Positions 38,345 through 46,267 of a stretch of 64,000 bases of DNA are shown piece by piece. The stretch's first letter is position 1, and every line of letters begins with the position of its first letter. This DNA is from an uncultured Oscillospiraceae bacterium (GTDB taxonomy: Bacteria > Bacillota > Clostridia > Oscillospirales > Oscillospiraceae), in the NCBI GenBank assembly GCA_947169975.1, contig CAMVRT010000008.1, positions 17,823-81,822 on the forward strand. The letters are read 5' to 3'. The position numbers and the translations under genes were made by a program. The notes beneath the pieces were generated by a model that had not been told where the DNA came from, made no database searches, and worked only from the letters and a program-made list of their open reading frames with translations.

Positions 38345-39817
38345 TCAGTCGTTGTCCTCGTCATCGTCCTCATCATCGTCATCGTCATCGTCATCGTTAT
38401 CATCGTCGTCATCGTCGTCCTGCTCCTCCCGGGCAGGCGGATCATCCTCGTCGTCACTGCGGTCACCACCGACCGGTGCGGCGCGGCGATCATCCTCGTC
38501 ATCGTCATCGTCGGGATCATCCACGTCATCGTCATCGTCGGGATCGTCCACGTCATCGTCATCGTCGGGATCGTCCACGTCATCGTCATCGTCGTCGGGA
38601 TCATCCACGTCATCGTCATCGTCGTCGGGATCGTCCACGTCATCGTCATCGTCGTCGGGATCGTCCACGTCGTCGTCATCGTCATCGGGATCGTCCACGT
38701 CGTCGTCATCGTCGGGATCGTCGTCATCGTTCCGGTCATCGTTGCCCGGTGCGGTGTTGCGGCGTTCGTCGGCATCGTCGTCATCATCGTCATCATCCGC
38801 GTCGTCGTGATCATCGTCGTCGCGGTCATCCGCGTCGTCGTGATCGTCATCATCGTCATCATCCGCGTCGTCGTGATCATCGTCGTCGCGGTCATCCGCG
38901 TCATCGTCATCGTCATCGTCGTCGTCGCGGTCATCCGCGTCGTCGTGATCATCGTCATCGTCGCGGTCATCCGCGTCGTCGTGATCATCATCGTCGTCGC
39001 GGTCGTCGTCGGGCCACTCCAGCTCCCACTCCTGATCGTCGGCGTCCCACTCCAGGTAGTCCCGCAAATTCACGTTCTGGTCCGTCAGCAGGCGCACCAG
39101 ATCGGTCATGGACAGCTCCGCCAGATCCTCCAGATCCAGGTTGGGCCAGTCCCGGGCCAGCTCCATCACCAAAACGGCCTTGCCGGGCGTGATGCCGTAT
39201 TTTCGTGCCAGCGCGGCGGCCTCATCGTCCACATGCACGCTCTTGCTGAGCACCAGTCCCGATCCCGTGGCGTCCTGGAGGGACTCGCCCAATCGTGCGG
39301 ACAGCTCCCGCTGCAGCTGGGCGGCGTAGTCCCCGTTCTCGCTCTCCACGCTCAGCAGCACCACGTTCTTCGTCTCGGTCAGATAACCGTTGCGAACCAT
39401 GGAGCCCAGAATGGCGTTGAGCGCCACGTCCACATCTGTCTGTTCCAGGTCCATGCCCTCCAGGATCTTCTCGCCGTCGGAATTATCGGCCCGGGCAGAG
39501 ATCACGCGGCGCTCGCTGTTGACACGCAGCTCCACAGACGGGTTCACATCCAGATAGACGGTGGCCTCCGGCTTGGGCTTTACCAGCATACCGGGCAGCA
39601 GCGCCAGGGCCAGCAGGGCGGCAGCGGCGGCGAGGGCGGCAGCATAACGCCATACCCGGTTTTTCTTCTTCGGAGCAGCGGTGCCCTCCAGATACCACTC
39701 GTCACCGGTAGCAGGTGTAAAGGGTCGGCTCCAGATTTCCTCCGCACGATTAGGTGCGGCATTCTCCGCAGCCCGGCGCACACGGGCCTCGGCGGCGGCA
39801 TTGGTCAGTTGAATCAT
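38345..39817 (-). CDS. putative anti-sigma factor with extracellular domain and a poly-aspartate tail of about 215 aa
   Basis: Its ATG 39817 overlaps the stop of the ECF sigma gene (ATGA). It has one TM segment (YAAALAAAAALLALALL) and a folded domain (VYLDVNPSVELRVN...). The C-terminal part runs from WPDDDRDDDDDHDD... to the C-terminus and is almost only D with scattered H/A/R/P/V/E/N. Confidence 0.65.
   Translation of the reverse strand: MIQLTNAAAEARVRRAAENAAPNRAEEIWSRPFTPATGDEWYLEGTAAPKKKNRVWRYAAALAAAAALLALALLPGMLVKPKPEATVYLDVNPSVELRVNSERRVISARADNSDGEKILEGMDLEQTDVDVALNAILGSMVRNGYLTETKNVVLLSVESENGDYAAQLQRELSARLGESLQDATGSGLVLSKSVHVDDEAAALARKYGITPGKAVLVMELARDWPNLDLEDLAELSMTDLVRLLTDQNVNLRDYLEWDADDQEWELEWPDDDRDDDDDHDDADDRDDDDDHDDADDRDDDDDDDDDADDRDDDDHDDADDDDDDDHDDADDRDDDDHDDADDDDDDDDADERRNTAPGNDDRNDDDDPDDDDDVDDPDDDDDDVDDPDDDDDDVDDPDDDDDDVDDPDDDDDDVDDPDDDDDVDDPDDDDDVDDPDDDDDEDDRRAAPVGGDRSDDEDDPPAREEQDDDDDDDNDDDDDDDDEDDDEDND
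38348..39010 (-). repeat. coding GAY-rich tandem repeats (27/30-bp and about 36-bp units)
   Basis: catcgtcatcgtc(gtc)gggatc(a/g)tccacgt repeated 8 times (38500-38720). A second block of catccgcgtcgtcgtgatcatcgtcgtcgcggt-type units lies at 38770-39000. All are in frame. Confidence 0.85.
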
Positions 39818-40383
39818 TGCATTTCCTCCAATTTACGGCGGAGCTTGGCGATGCCCCTGCTGTACTTGCTCAGCACAGTGGACAGCGGACGCTCCAGCAG
39901 TTTGGCAATTTCTCTGTGCTTCAGTCCGGACACGGCGTGCAGCACCACGATGCGGCACTCCTCCTCGGACAGTGCGGAAAAGGCGGTCTCCAGTGCCATG
40001 CGGTCGTCCCGGTCGGAGATGCGGGACAGATCCGCGATCTGCTCCCCCTCCGGCAGCGCGGCGGTGCGTTTTCCGCTGCGCAGCTGCATCAGACACACGT
40101 TTCTGGCGATGGTCAGGATCCACGCTTTGGGTTTCCCCTGGGGCTTGTAGAGATGGGCGGCCTCCCGGATCCGCAGGAAGGTGTCCTGCACGGCGTCCTC
40201 GGCGTCAGGGGTGCTGCGGAGCATGGAGAGCGCAAATCCGAACACCATGCCGCGATACGCCTCGTACAGCGCATGAAAGGCGTCTCTGTCGCCACGGGCG
40301 ATCCTCTCCAGCCATTTCTCGTCGTCCCTCTCCGCCGTATCCCCCTGGGACACAGCAAGGGCGGTGTTGCCAAACAGCAGCAT
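39814..40383 (-). CDS. ECF-type RNA polymerase sigma factor
   Basis: GDRDAFHALYEAYRGMVFGFA, AEDAVQDTFLRI, and region 4 GLKHREIAKLLERPLSTVLSKYSRG. I prefer start ATG 40383 (GAGGTGA 7 nt upstream). In-frame ATGs at 40404 and 40428 are possible alternatives. Confidence 0.8.
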   Translation of the reverse strand: MLLFGNTALAVSQGDTAERDDEKWLERIARGDRDAFHALYEAYRGMVFGFALSMLRSTPDAEDAVQDTFLRIREAAHLYKPQGKPKAWILTIARNVCLMQLRSGKRTAALPEGEQIADLSRISDRDDRMALETAFSALSEEECRIVVLHAVSGLKHREIAKLLERPLSTVLSKYSRGIAKLRRKLEEMQ

Positions 40384-40561
40384 GGAACTTTCACCTCGAT
40401 TCATGGAAAGTACTCCGGTTTGTTCCATTATATCCCACCATCTCCTTCGCTACAAGCATCAAACGCGCCCGGCCGGCGCAGATACCGGTCCGTCTCACGG
40501 CAGCCGTTCCCGTTTTCTGCCTCTATAATGCGGCGGAGCCCGGTTTTATCGCAGAGCGGAG

Positions 40562-40606
40562 AAAAAAAGCGAAAAAGATCCGGAGATCATTCGATCTCCG
40601 GATCTG
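40562..40606 (-). terminator. strong rho-independent terminator ending the 13-gene operon
   Basis: Minus strand: agatccggagatc-gaat-gatctccggatct followed by ttttcgcttttttt. Confidence 0.85.
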
Positions 40607-40619
40607 CGTTTATCGGATA

Positions 40620-41753
40620 TCAGCCGTACAGGAACTCCTGCAGGATCTTGGCATTGGCGGTGAAATCCACCGCGTAGAGGGAGCGGCCGCCCATACCCCG
40701 CATGCCGCCGTAGGTACCGGAGGCGGGGATGGTCATCTGCTCCAGGGTGACGCCCTGGAATTTGGGAACCAGCTCCAGGATCTCGCCCTTGGTCAGGTTG
40801 GTCATGACCAGAGGCAGCACCCGGTTGAGCGTGCTGTCCAGCTGAGCGGGATTGAGTCCCTTTGTCTGGTTGATGGCGGCCTGGATGACGGTGCGCTGGC
40901 GCTTGATGCGGGTCCAGTCGCTGTCGATCTTGCGGATCCGGGCATACTGCAGGGCAGTGAACCCGTACAGGTGGTTGGTACCCGCGGTAACGGGATGCTC
41001 GGGATCCATGTTGTTGAGGTAGTCGGCCTCGGCCTGGGTCAGGGTGATGTCCACGCCGCCGATGGCGTTGATGCCGGCGCGGAAGGTGCCGAAGTTCACG
41101 CGGACGTATTTATGTACGTCCACGCGGAAGCACTCCCGTACCTCCTGCATCATCAGGTCGGCGCCGCCGTAGCAGAAGGTATGAGTCAGCCAGTCCCACT
41201 GGCCCTTGTACTGACCGGACAGGATCGGCACGCCCATGCCGCGCTCCAGGCTGACCAGCTTGGCCCGGCCGGTGGACTTGTTCAGGGAGAGGATCATGCA
41301 GCTGTCGCCCCGGGCGAAGTTGCTGAAGCCCTCGGCGCGCTCGTCGGTGCCGATGAGCAGGATGTTGACGATGTTGTCGTCGTGCTTGATCTCCATGGTG
41401 GGAAGGGCGGTATAGGAAACGGACTCCGTGACCTCGATTCCCTCCTGCTCCATAGCCTCCTCCATCTCCTCCTGCTGCTTCTGCACGATGGGATCCTTGC
41501 CGTGGGCGATCTGGCGGTCCACCTTCTCGATGTGTTCCTGCTCCTCTTCCGCACTCTCGAAGTGCAGTCTTCCGTCGTAGGGATCATAGTGGATCTTGTC
41601 CAGCTTGGAATTGACATACAGGGCAATGGCTGCGGCGATGACCAGCAGCACGGCAAGGATGATCAGTACGATCTTCCAGCCCTTTTTCATCCGCCGTTTG
41701 GGTTTTTGGCTCCCCTTCTTTTCTGTGGGAGCGATTCTCGTACCTTTCTTCAC
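40620..41753 (-). CDS. LCP (LytR-CpsA-Psr) family wall-polymer ligase
   Basis: GTG start 41753 (AGGAG 7 nt upstream, 1 nt after the upstream stop). Motifs NILLIGTDER, RGDSCMILSLN, V.VNFGTF...INAIGGVDI and LQYARIR. It has an N-terminal TM segment. Confidence 0.85.
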   Translation of the reverse strand: MKKGTRIAPTEKKGSQKPKRRMKKGWKIVLIILAVLLVIAAAIALYVNSKLDKIHYDPYDGRLHFESAEEEQEHIEKVDRQIAHGKDPIVQKQQEEMEEAMEQEGIEVTESVSYTALPTMEIKHDDNIVNILLIGTDERAEGFSNFARGDSCMILSLNKSTGRAKLVSLERGMGVPILSGQYKGQWDWLTHTFCYGGADLMMQEVRECFRVDVHKYVRVNFGTFRAGINAIGGVDITLTQAEADYLNNMDPEHPVTAGTNHLYGFTALQYARIRKIDSDWTRIKRQRTVIQAAINQTKGLNPAQLDSTLNRVLPLVMTNLTKGEILELVPKFQGVTLEQMTIPASGTYGGMRGMGGRSLYAVDFTANAKILQEFLYG

Positions 41754-41754
41754 G

Positions 41755-42582
41755 TCATTTCTCCTTTCTGAACCGGTCAGCCTGCTCCAGCATCTTACCA
41801 TATGCCTTCTCGCCCCGGTTTTGCCAGGTATTGTAGTCGTAGGTGCCATGGCACAGGTCCTCCGCCAGCGCGATGAGGTCGCGGCGGGAGAGCATGGTGA
41901 TGGCGATGGGCTCGGCGCGGAAGATGGCCTCCACCGTCTCCGGGCGGAAATGCTCCGCCAGGCGGCGAAGCCCGTCGGCGATCTCCGGCCGCACGGTGAG
42001 GCCGCGGTAGGCCTCCTTGGCGGCGCTGCGCTTGACCCGGCCGTGGACGTAGCCGGTCAGCTTTTCGTAGCAGTCCAGCCCGCTGACGTCGTAGTAGAGC
42101 GCCGTGAGATAGTGTTCCATAGCCGCGTCGGCCTGTCCGCTGCGCTCCAGCAGCGCTGCCACGTCCAGATGGATATCACGCACGGCGATGAAGTTGTCGT
42201 CCTCCTTCATCCGGGGCAGCTTCCCCAGCAGCAGGGACGCCATGGTCTCCTCAAAGGACGCGCCGTCCTTCTTTTTCCGGTCGTATTCCGTCACGGACAC
42301 GTAGGGATCGGCCAGATCGAACAGCCGCAGGTCATCCTCCCGGATGGCCTGGCGCCCCCGGTCGGTGAGGTTCAGGCAGCCGTTCTCCCCTTTTTTGACA
42401 TAGCCCTGGCGGTGCATGCGGCGCAGATAGCCGTAGCAGTCCGACAGATCCAGCTCCCGCTGGAAGAAGGGCGGGAAATAGGCGGTCTGGAAGGTGGCGG
42501 GGTGATCCGCCACATAGCGCAGGAACACGGAACGGACATAGGCGTTCCAGTCCCTGCTTTTGTTGTCGCTGCGCTGCATCAT
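41755..42582 (-). CDS. hypothetical cytoplasmic protein (275 aa)
   Basis: Its ATG 42582 overlaps the stop of the upstream gene (ATGA). I recognise no family. The N-terminus (GYLRRMHRQGYVKKGENGCLNLTDRGRQAI) looks winged-helix-like. Confidence 0.5.
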   Translation of the reverse strand: MMQRSDNKSRDWNAYVRSVFLRYVADHPATFQTAYFPPFFQRELDLSDCYGYLRRMHRQGYVKKGENGCLNLTDRGRQAIREDDLRLFDLADPYVSVTEYDRKKKDGASFEETMASLLLGKLPRMKEDDNFIAVRDIHLDVAALLERSGQADAAMEHYLTALYYDVSGLDCYEKLTGYVHGRVKRSAAKEAYRGLTVRPEIADGLRRLAEHFRPETVEAIFRAEPIAITMLSRRDLIALAEDLCHGTYDYNTWQNRGEKAYGKMLEQADRFRKEK

Positions 42583-44288
42583 GGAGTCTCCCCCTTGGGC
42601 TCGGCGCTCTCGGCCTCGGAACTCCCGGGTGCGGCGCTCTCGGCCTCGGCGCTGAACACAGGCCGGAAATAGACGCTCTTTTTCTTCTCCCGCCGGCTGC
42701 GGCGCAGCAGATAGTAGGCGGCGGCGGTGGCAATGGCGCCCCATGCGCCCAGAGCGATGACGATGGGCCAGTTGGGAGCGTTCTTCTCCACCACACTGGG
42801 GATCAGCTGCACGGACAGCTCGTCATAGTCCTTGGTCTGGTAGGTGATCTCACCGGTGTCCGGGTTATATACGTAGAAGGTGCCCACGCCGGCCTCACTG
42901 CCGTAGAGCAGCTCGCTGCCCTCCTCCATCCGGATAAAGTGATCCCGGTCGACCTCCACGATGGACACGGGGTACAGCTTCCCGCTGGCCTGCTCATAGC
43001 GGTACCAGTGGGAGCCGCTGCCGTCGGCCTGACTGGTGAACTGGACCAGCAGCATCTGGCCGTCGGTGCTCTGGGCAGCGGAGACCTTTTCCCCGTTGAT
43101 GGTGATCTGCCCCACGGTGAAGGTGCCGGGCAGCACGGAGGTGTTGGGCCGGTCGGTAATGGAGTACAGCTCATCGTCCCAGATCCGCTCCCGGAAGGTG
43201 AGCACATGGACAACCACGGTGTACTCGGCATAGCGTCCGCCGCCGGCCACACGCACCTTGCGCACCACATCGGTGCTGCCCACGGTGCGCGGACCCTCGG
43301 CCTCCACCCGCGCCTCATGGCTGAGGGTGTCGCAGAGGATGCGGCAGGAGCGGTTCTCCTGATCCGCGGTGACGTACACGGTGTAGGAATAGATGTCCGG
43401 CGAGAAAGCGGGATGCAGCTCGCCGCACTCGATGGACAGATAGCTCAGCCGGATATCCACGCTGGTGGGCGTCACCGGCTGCACGGAGATGGGCTTCCAC
43501 CGGGCATACACGGTGTTGTTGCCGGTGACGGGCTTGCTGAAATCGAAGGCAATGGCGAGACCCGAATCGGTGAACCAGCCGTCGAAGGTATAGCCGTCGC
43601 GGGTGGGATCGGCCGGCCGGACAGGGGTGTTCCCCTCGGTGACAATCTGGTCGCTGACGGTGCTGCCGCCGTTGGTCTGGAAGGTGACGGTATAGGTGAC
43701 GTCGGGCTTGTCCTCCTCCCAGACGGCAAGGAGCGTGATGTTGGTCTCCACCGGCTCGCTGAAGTCGTAGCCCACGCCGTCCAGTTCCCAGCCCCGGAAG
43801 GTGTAGCCCTCCCGGACGGGATTGGTGGGCGGGATGGCCTTCTCTCCGCTGCGGATGGTCTGGGTAGCCACGGGGCTGCCGCCGGCGGAGTCGAAGGTGA
43901 CGGTGACGTCAACGGCCACAGGCGCCGCGTTTTCCGTCCACCCGGCGTAAACGGTCAGGTCGGCATAGACAGGCACGGAGAAATCAAAGGCGGTCTCCCG
44001 TCCGGCGTCGGCAAACCAGCCGTCAAAGACGTAGCCCTCCCGCACGGGATCGGCGGGCTGGGCGGCGGTTTCGCCCTCGGTGACGGACTGACTGTCCACA
44101 GCGCTGCCGCCGTCGGTGTCAAAGGTCACCGTGTATACGGCAGGCTCCGGCTCCGGTTCCGGCTGGGGTTCCGGCTCTTCGGTCTCCGTGCCGGGCTGCT
44201 CTGGCTCGGCGCCCGTGGCGTAGGCCACGGAGGCGGTGCCCAGCACCAGCATGAGCGCCAGCAGCAGAGCCATAATCTTCTTAAACAT
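42579..44288 (-). CDS. surface protein with four InlB-B/Listeria-Bacteroides (Flg_new) repeats, cadherin-like beta-sandwich and C-terminal TM anchor
   Basis: Has a signal peptide. There are four copies of VTF(D/Q)..GGS.V..Q.V..G......P.DP.R.GY.F.GW. LSYLSIECGELHPAFSPDIYSYTVYV is cadherin-like. The C-terminal WPIVIALGAWGAIATAAAYYLL is followed by RRSRREKKK. Confidence 0.75.
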   Translation of the reverse strand: MFKKIMALLLALMLVLGTASVAYATGAEPEQPGTETEEPEPQPEPEPEPAVYTVTFDTDGGSAVDSQSVTEGETAAQPADPVREGYVFDGWFADAGRETAFDFSVPVYADLTVYAGWTENAAPVAVDVTVTFDSAGGSPVATQTIRSGEKAIPPTNPVREGYTFRGWELDGVGYDFSEPVETNITLLAVWEEDKPDVTYTVTFQTNGGSTVSDQIVTEGNTPVRPADPTRDGYTFDGWFTDSGLAIAFDFSKPVTGNNTVYARWKPISVQPVTPTSVDIRLSYLSIECGELHPAFSPDIYSYTVYVTADQENRSCRILCDTLSHEARVEAEGPRTVGSTDVVRKVRVAGGGRYAEYTVVVHVLTFRERIWDDELYSITDRPNTSVLPGTFTVGQITINGEKVSAAQSTDGQMLLVQFTSQADGSGSHWYRYEQASGKLYPVSIVEVDRDHFIRMEEGSELLYGSEAGVGTFYVYNPDTGEITYQTKDYDELSVQLIPSVVEKNAPNWPIVIALGAWGAIATAAAYYLLRRSRREKKKSVYFRPVFSAEAESAAPGSSEAESAEPKGETP

Positions 44289-46242
44289 GGTCAGTTCTCC
44301 CTTTTAAGTCGCGTTTGCCAAGCAGATAGTCCTTGACCTCCCGGGGATACTCGGGATAGCGGTGCAGATCCTGATGGGTGTTGATCTCCAGGATCCGGAA
44401 ACCATCCGCCGTAATAACGATGTCAAAGCCCAGATACTCCATGGGCGTGAGATACGCGGTGACCTCACAGACCCGGCGGCAAACCAGCTCCCAGTTGGGC
44501 AGCGTGCCGCGGAGAGGGGCGCCGGAGTCGGGATGTACGTCACAGGGCCGGAACTCGTGGCCCACCAGCATCTCGGCGCCGTAGTACTCGCCGGTGTCGG
44601 CGTTGACCCGGGCCACGATGCCGCCGGTGGCCAGATTGTCGGTGTGTCCGGTGCTGCCGGAGGCGATGCGGAAATAGGCGTGCTCCACCCTGGGTCCGCT
44701 GCCCCGGTCGATGACCATGACGCGAATGCTGCAGGCCACCTTGTCGTAGATCTTCTTCAGCTCCGGGTGCATCTCCACGAACTCGGAGATGAGATAGGGC
44801 TTCTCCAGCCCCTGGATGCGCTGCCGGAACTCCTCGGCCGTCACGGTCTCGCCGTCGATGACGGGCTGATCGGTCTCGGTGTCCCAGCTCAGGGGCAGGA
44901 AGCCGTCGCCGTGGGAGGCGATGGCGGGCTTGGCCGCCAGCTTGCCCTTTTCACGCAGGCAGGTCAGCACGTCGTCCGCCGTGGCGGTGCCGCCCTCCGG
45001 GCGGAAGGGGTAGATGACGCCGTTCTCTGTGCGGAACCAGTAGGCCGGGAAGCAGTCCCGGAAGGGCGCCATGACGTAGTAGGTGGAAATTTTGTCCCAC
45101 AGCCACTTCTGATACTTGCCGTTGATGGGCCGCATCCGCTTGTAGTCGTAGTCGGAGAGCAGCTGCCGCCAGTTCTCCTCCGTCAGGCCGTACTGCCGGA
45201 TGCGGTAGGAGTAAAAGCCCCGCTGATGGGCCCATTTCTTCTCCGCGGCGGTGGTGAAGGTCAGCTTGTCGTCGTCCTTCAGGCCGCGAAGCCAGTTGCG
45301 GTACATGTAGTCCAGAAAGCCTCTGCGTTTGGCCCGCAGGGCGAAGATGTACTTGCCGATCCGGTGCAGGGCGCCGCCCTCGGCGCGTCTTTCCCGTCTG
45401 CGCCGCCGGAGCATCTCCTCCACGGCAGGGCAGCGGTCCTTCATCCATACCAGGTCGCGGCCCATATCCACCTGCCACAGGCGCAGTCCGTTTTCGCTCC
45501 GGATCACGGCCACGCCCAGATAGGGCGCCTCGGCGAAACGCCGGCCGATCTGTTTGGCAAGGGCCACGGCGTCGGCGGCCTCCGCCTCCGTCAGCGTGCG
45601 GATGATCCGTCCGCTGAAGAGGGCGCGGCTGTCCTTTTTGGCGCCGTGGTCGGCCAGATAGACGTAGGCCGCCTGGTGCTCCCCCGCCTCGCCGCGCACC
45701 AGCCCCACATGGAAGACGGCGCTGCCGTTCTCCCCGGCCGCGGGGATGTACTCGGTGATGAGGGTGTCCGCCGGCAGCTTGGCCAGCTTTTCCGCCAGTG
45801 CGGCGCTGTCCAGCTTCTGCCCGTCCAGCGTATAGCCCGCGCCGTCAGCGCGCAGCACCCGCTCCCGGCTGTCCAGCTCGTTTTTACCGGGCCGGACGGC
45901 GACGGCGCCGTATCGTCTGGCCAGCGCGGCCACGTCCTCCGGCGACAGGATGCGCTTTTGCGGATCGAACAGGGCGCGGATGACAGTCCTGCCGTCCTGC
46001 TTTGCCGCCACGCCGCAGATCCGGGGCAGCGTATCGCGCAGCTCCCACAGCACATGGTGGGTGGTCAGCAGGTCCTCAAAGAGCTTGTCCAGCTCCTTGT
46101 GGAGGGGCAACAGTCCCATGATCCGCCGGGCGTCCGGGTTGTCGATGATGCGCCGCGCGCGGAGGTACTCCCCCGCCGTGCGGTAGGAGAAGCCCCGCAG
46201 CACCAGAGCCGCGGTGGCGGCGGTCTTGAAAAGTCCGTTCAT
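44281..46242 (-). CDS. two-module sugar-transfer-associated ATP-grasp (ATPgrasp_ST-like) protein
   Basis: The C-terminal half (LLSDYDYKRMRPINGKYQKWLWDK..., HPDSGAPL, GFDIVITADGFRILEINTHQD) matches the ATPgrasp_ST pattern. The N-terminal half is a diverged copy. It overlaps the next gene by 8 nt. Confidence 0.65.
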   Translation of the reverse strand: MNGLFKTAATAALVLRGFSYRTAGEYLRARRIIDNPDARRIMGLLPLHKELDKLFEDLLTTHHVLWELRDTLPRICGVAAKQDGRTVIRALFDPQKRILSPEDVAALARRYGAVAVRPGKNELDSRERVLRADGAGYTLDGQKLDSAALAEKLAKLPADTLITEYIPAAGENGSAVFHVGLVRGEAGEHQAAYVYLADHGAKKDSRALFSGRIIRTLTEAEAADAVALAKQIGRRFAEAPYLGVAVIRSENGLRLWQVDMGRDLVWMKDRCPAVEEMLRRRRRERRAEGGALHRIGKYIFALRAKRRGFLDYMYRNWLRGLKDDDKLTFTTAAEKKWAHQRGFYSYRIRQYGLTEENWRQLLSDYDYKRMRPINGKYQKWLWDKISTYYVMAPFRDCFPAYWFRTENGVIYPFRPEGGTATADDVLTCLREKGKLAAKPAIASHGDGFLPLSWDTETDQPVIDGETVTAEEFRQRIQGLEKPYLISEFVEMHPELKKIYDKVACSIRVMVIDRGSGPRVEHAYFRIASGSTGHTDNLATGGIVARVNADTGEYYGAEMLVGHEFRPCDVHPDSGAPLRGTLPNWELVCRRVCEVTAYLTPMEYLGFDIVITADGFRILEINTHQDLHRYPEYPREVKDYLLGKRDLKGRTDHV

Positions 46243-46267
46243 GAAAGTATTGTCCGGCTGTCCTCCG

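Noticed and set aside
38500-39000. Regular 27-36 bp periodicity that could suggest a CRISPR array.
   Set aside because: The units are contiguous with no spacers, all are multiples of 3, and they lie inside an ORF. No cas genes are present.
38227-39192. ORFs translating to MMITTTRMTATMT..., SSSSSSS... and RHRHRRDRPRH... over the aspartate-repeat region.
   Set aside because: These are alternative frames or strands of the GAY-rich tandem repeats. Only the minus-strand poly-Asp frame is contiguous with a TM-containing N-terminal domain and coupled to the sigma gene.
39814-40428. Longest-ORF start (ATG 40428) for the second ECF sigma factor.
   Set aside because: It is not excluded, but ATG 40383 has the best Shine-Dalgarno sequence (GAGGTGA, 7-nt spacing). 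The start remains ambiguous without N-terminal data.
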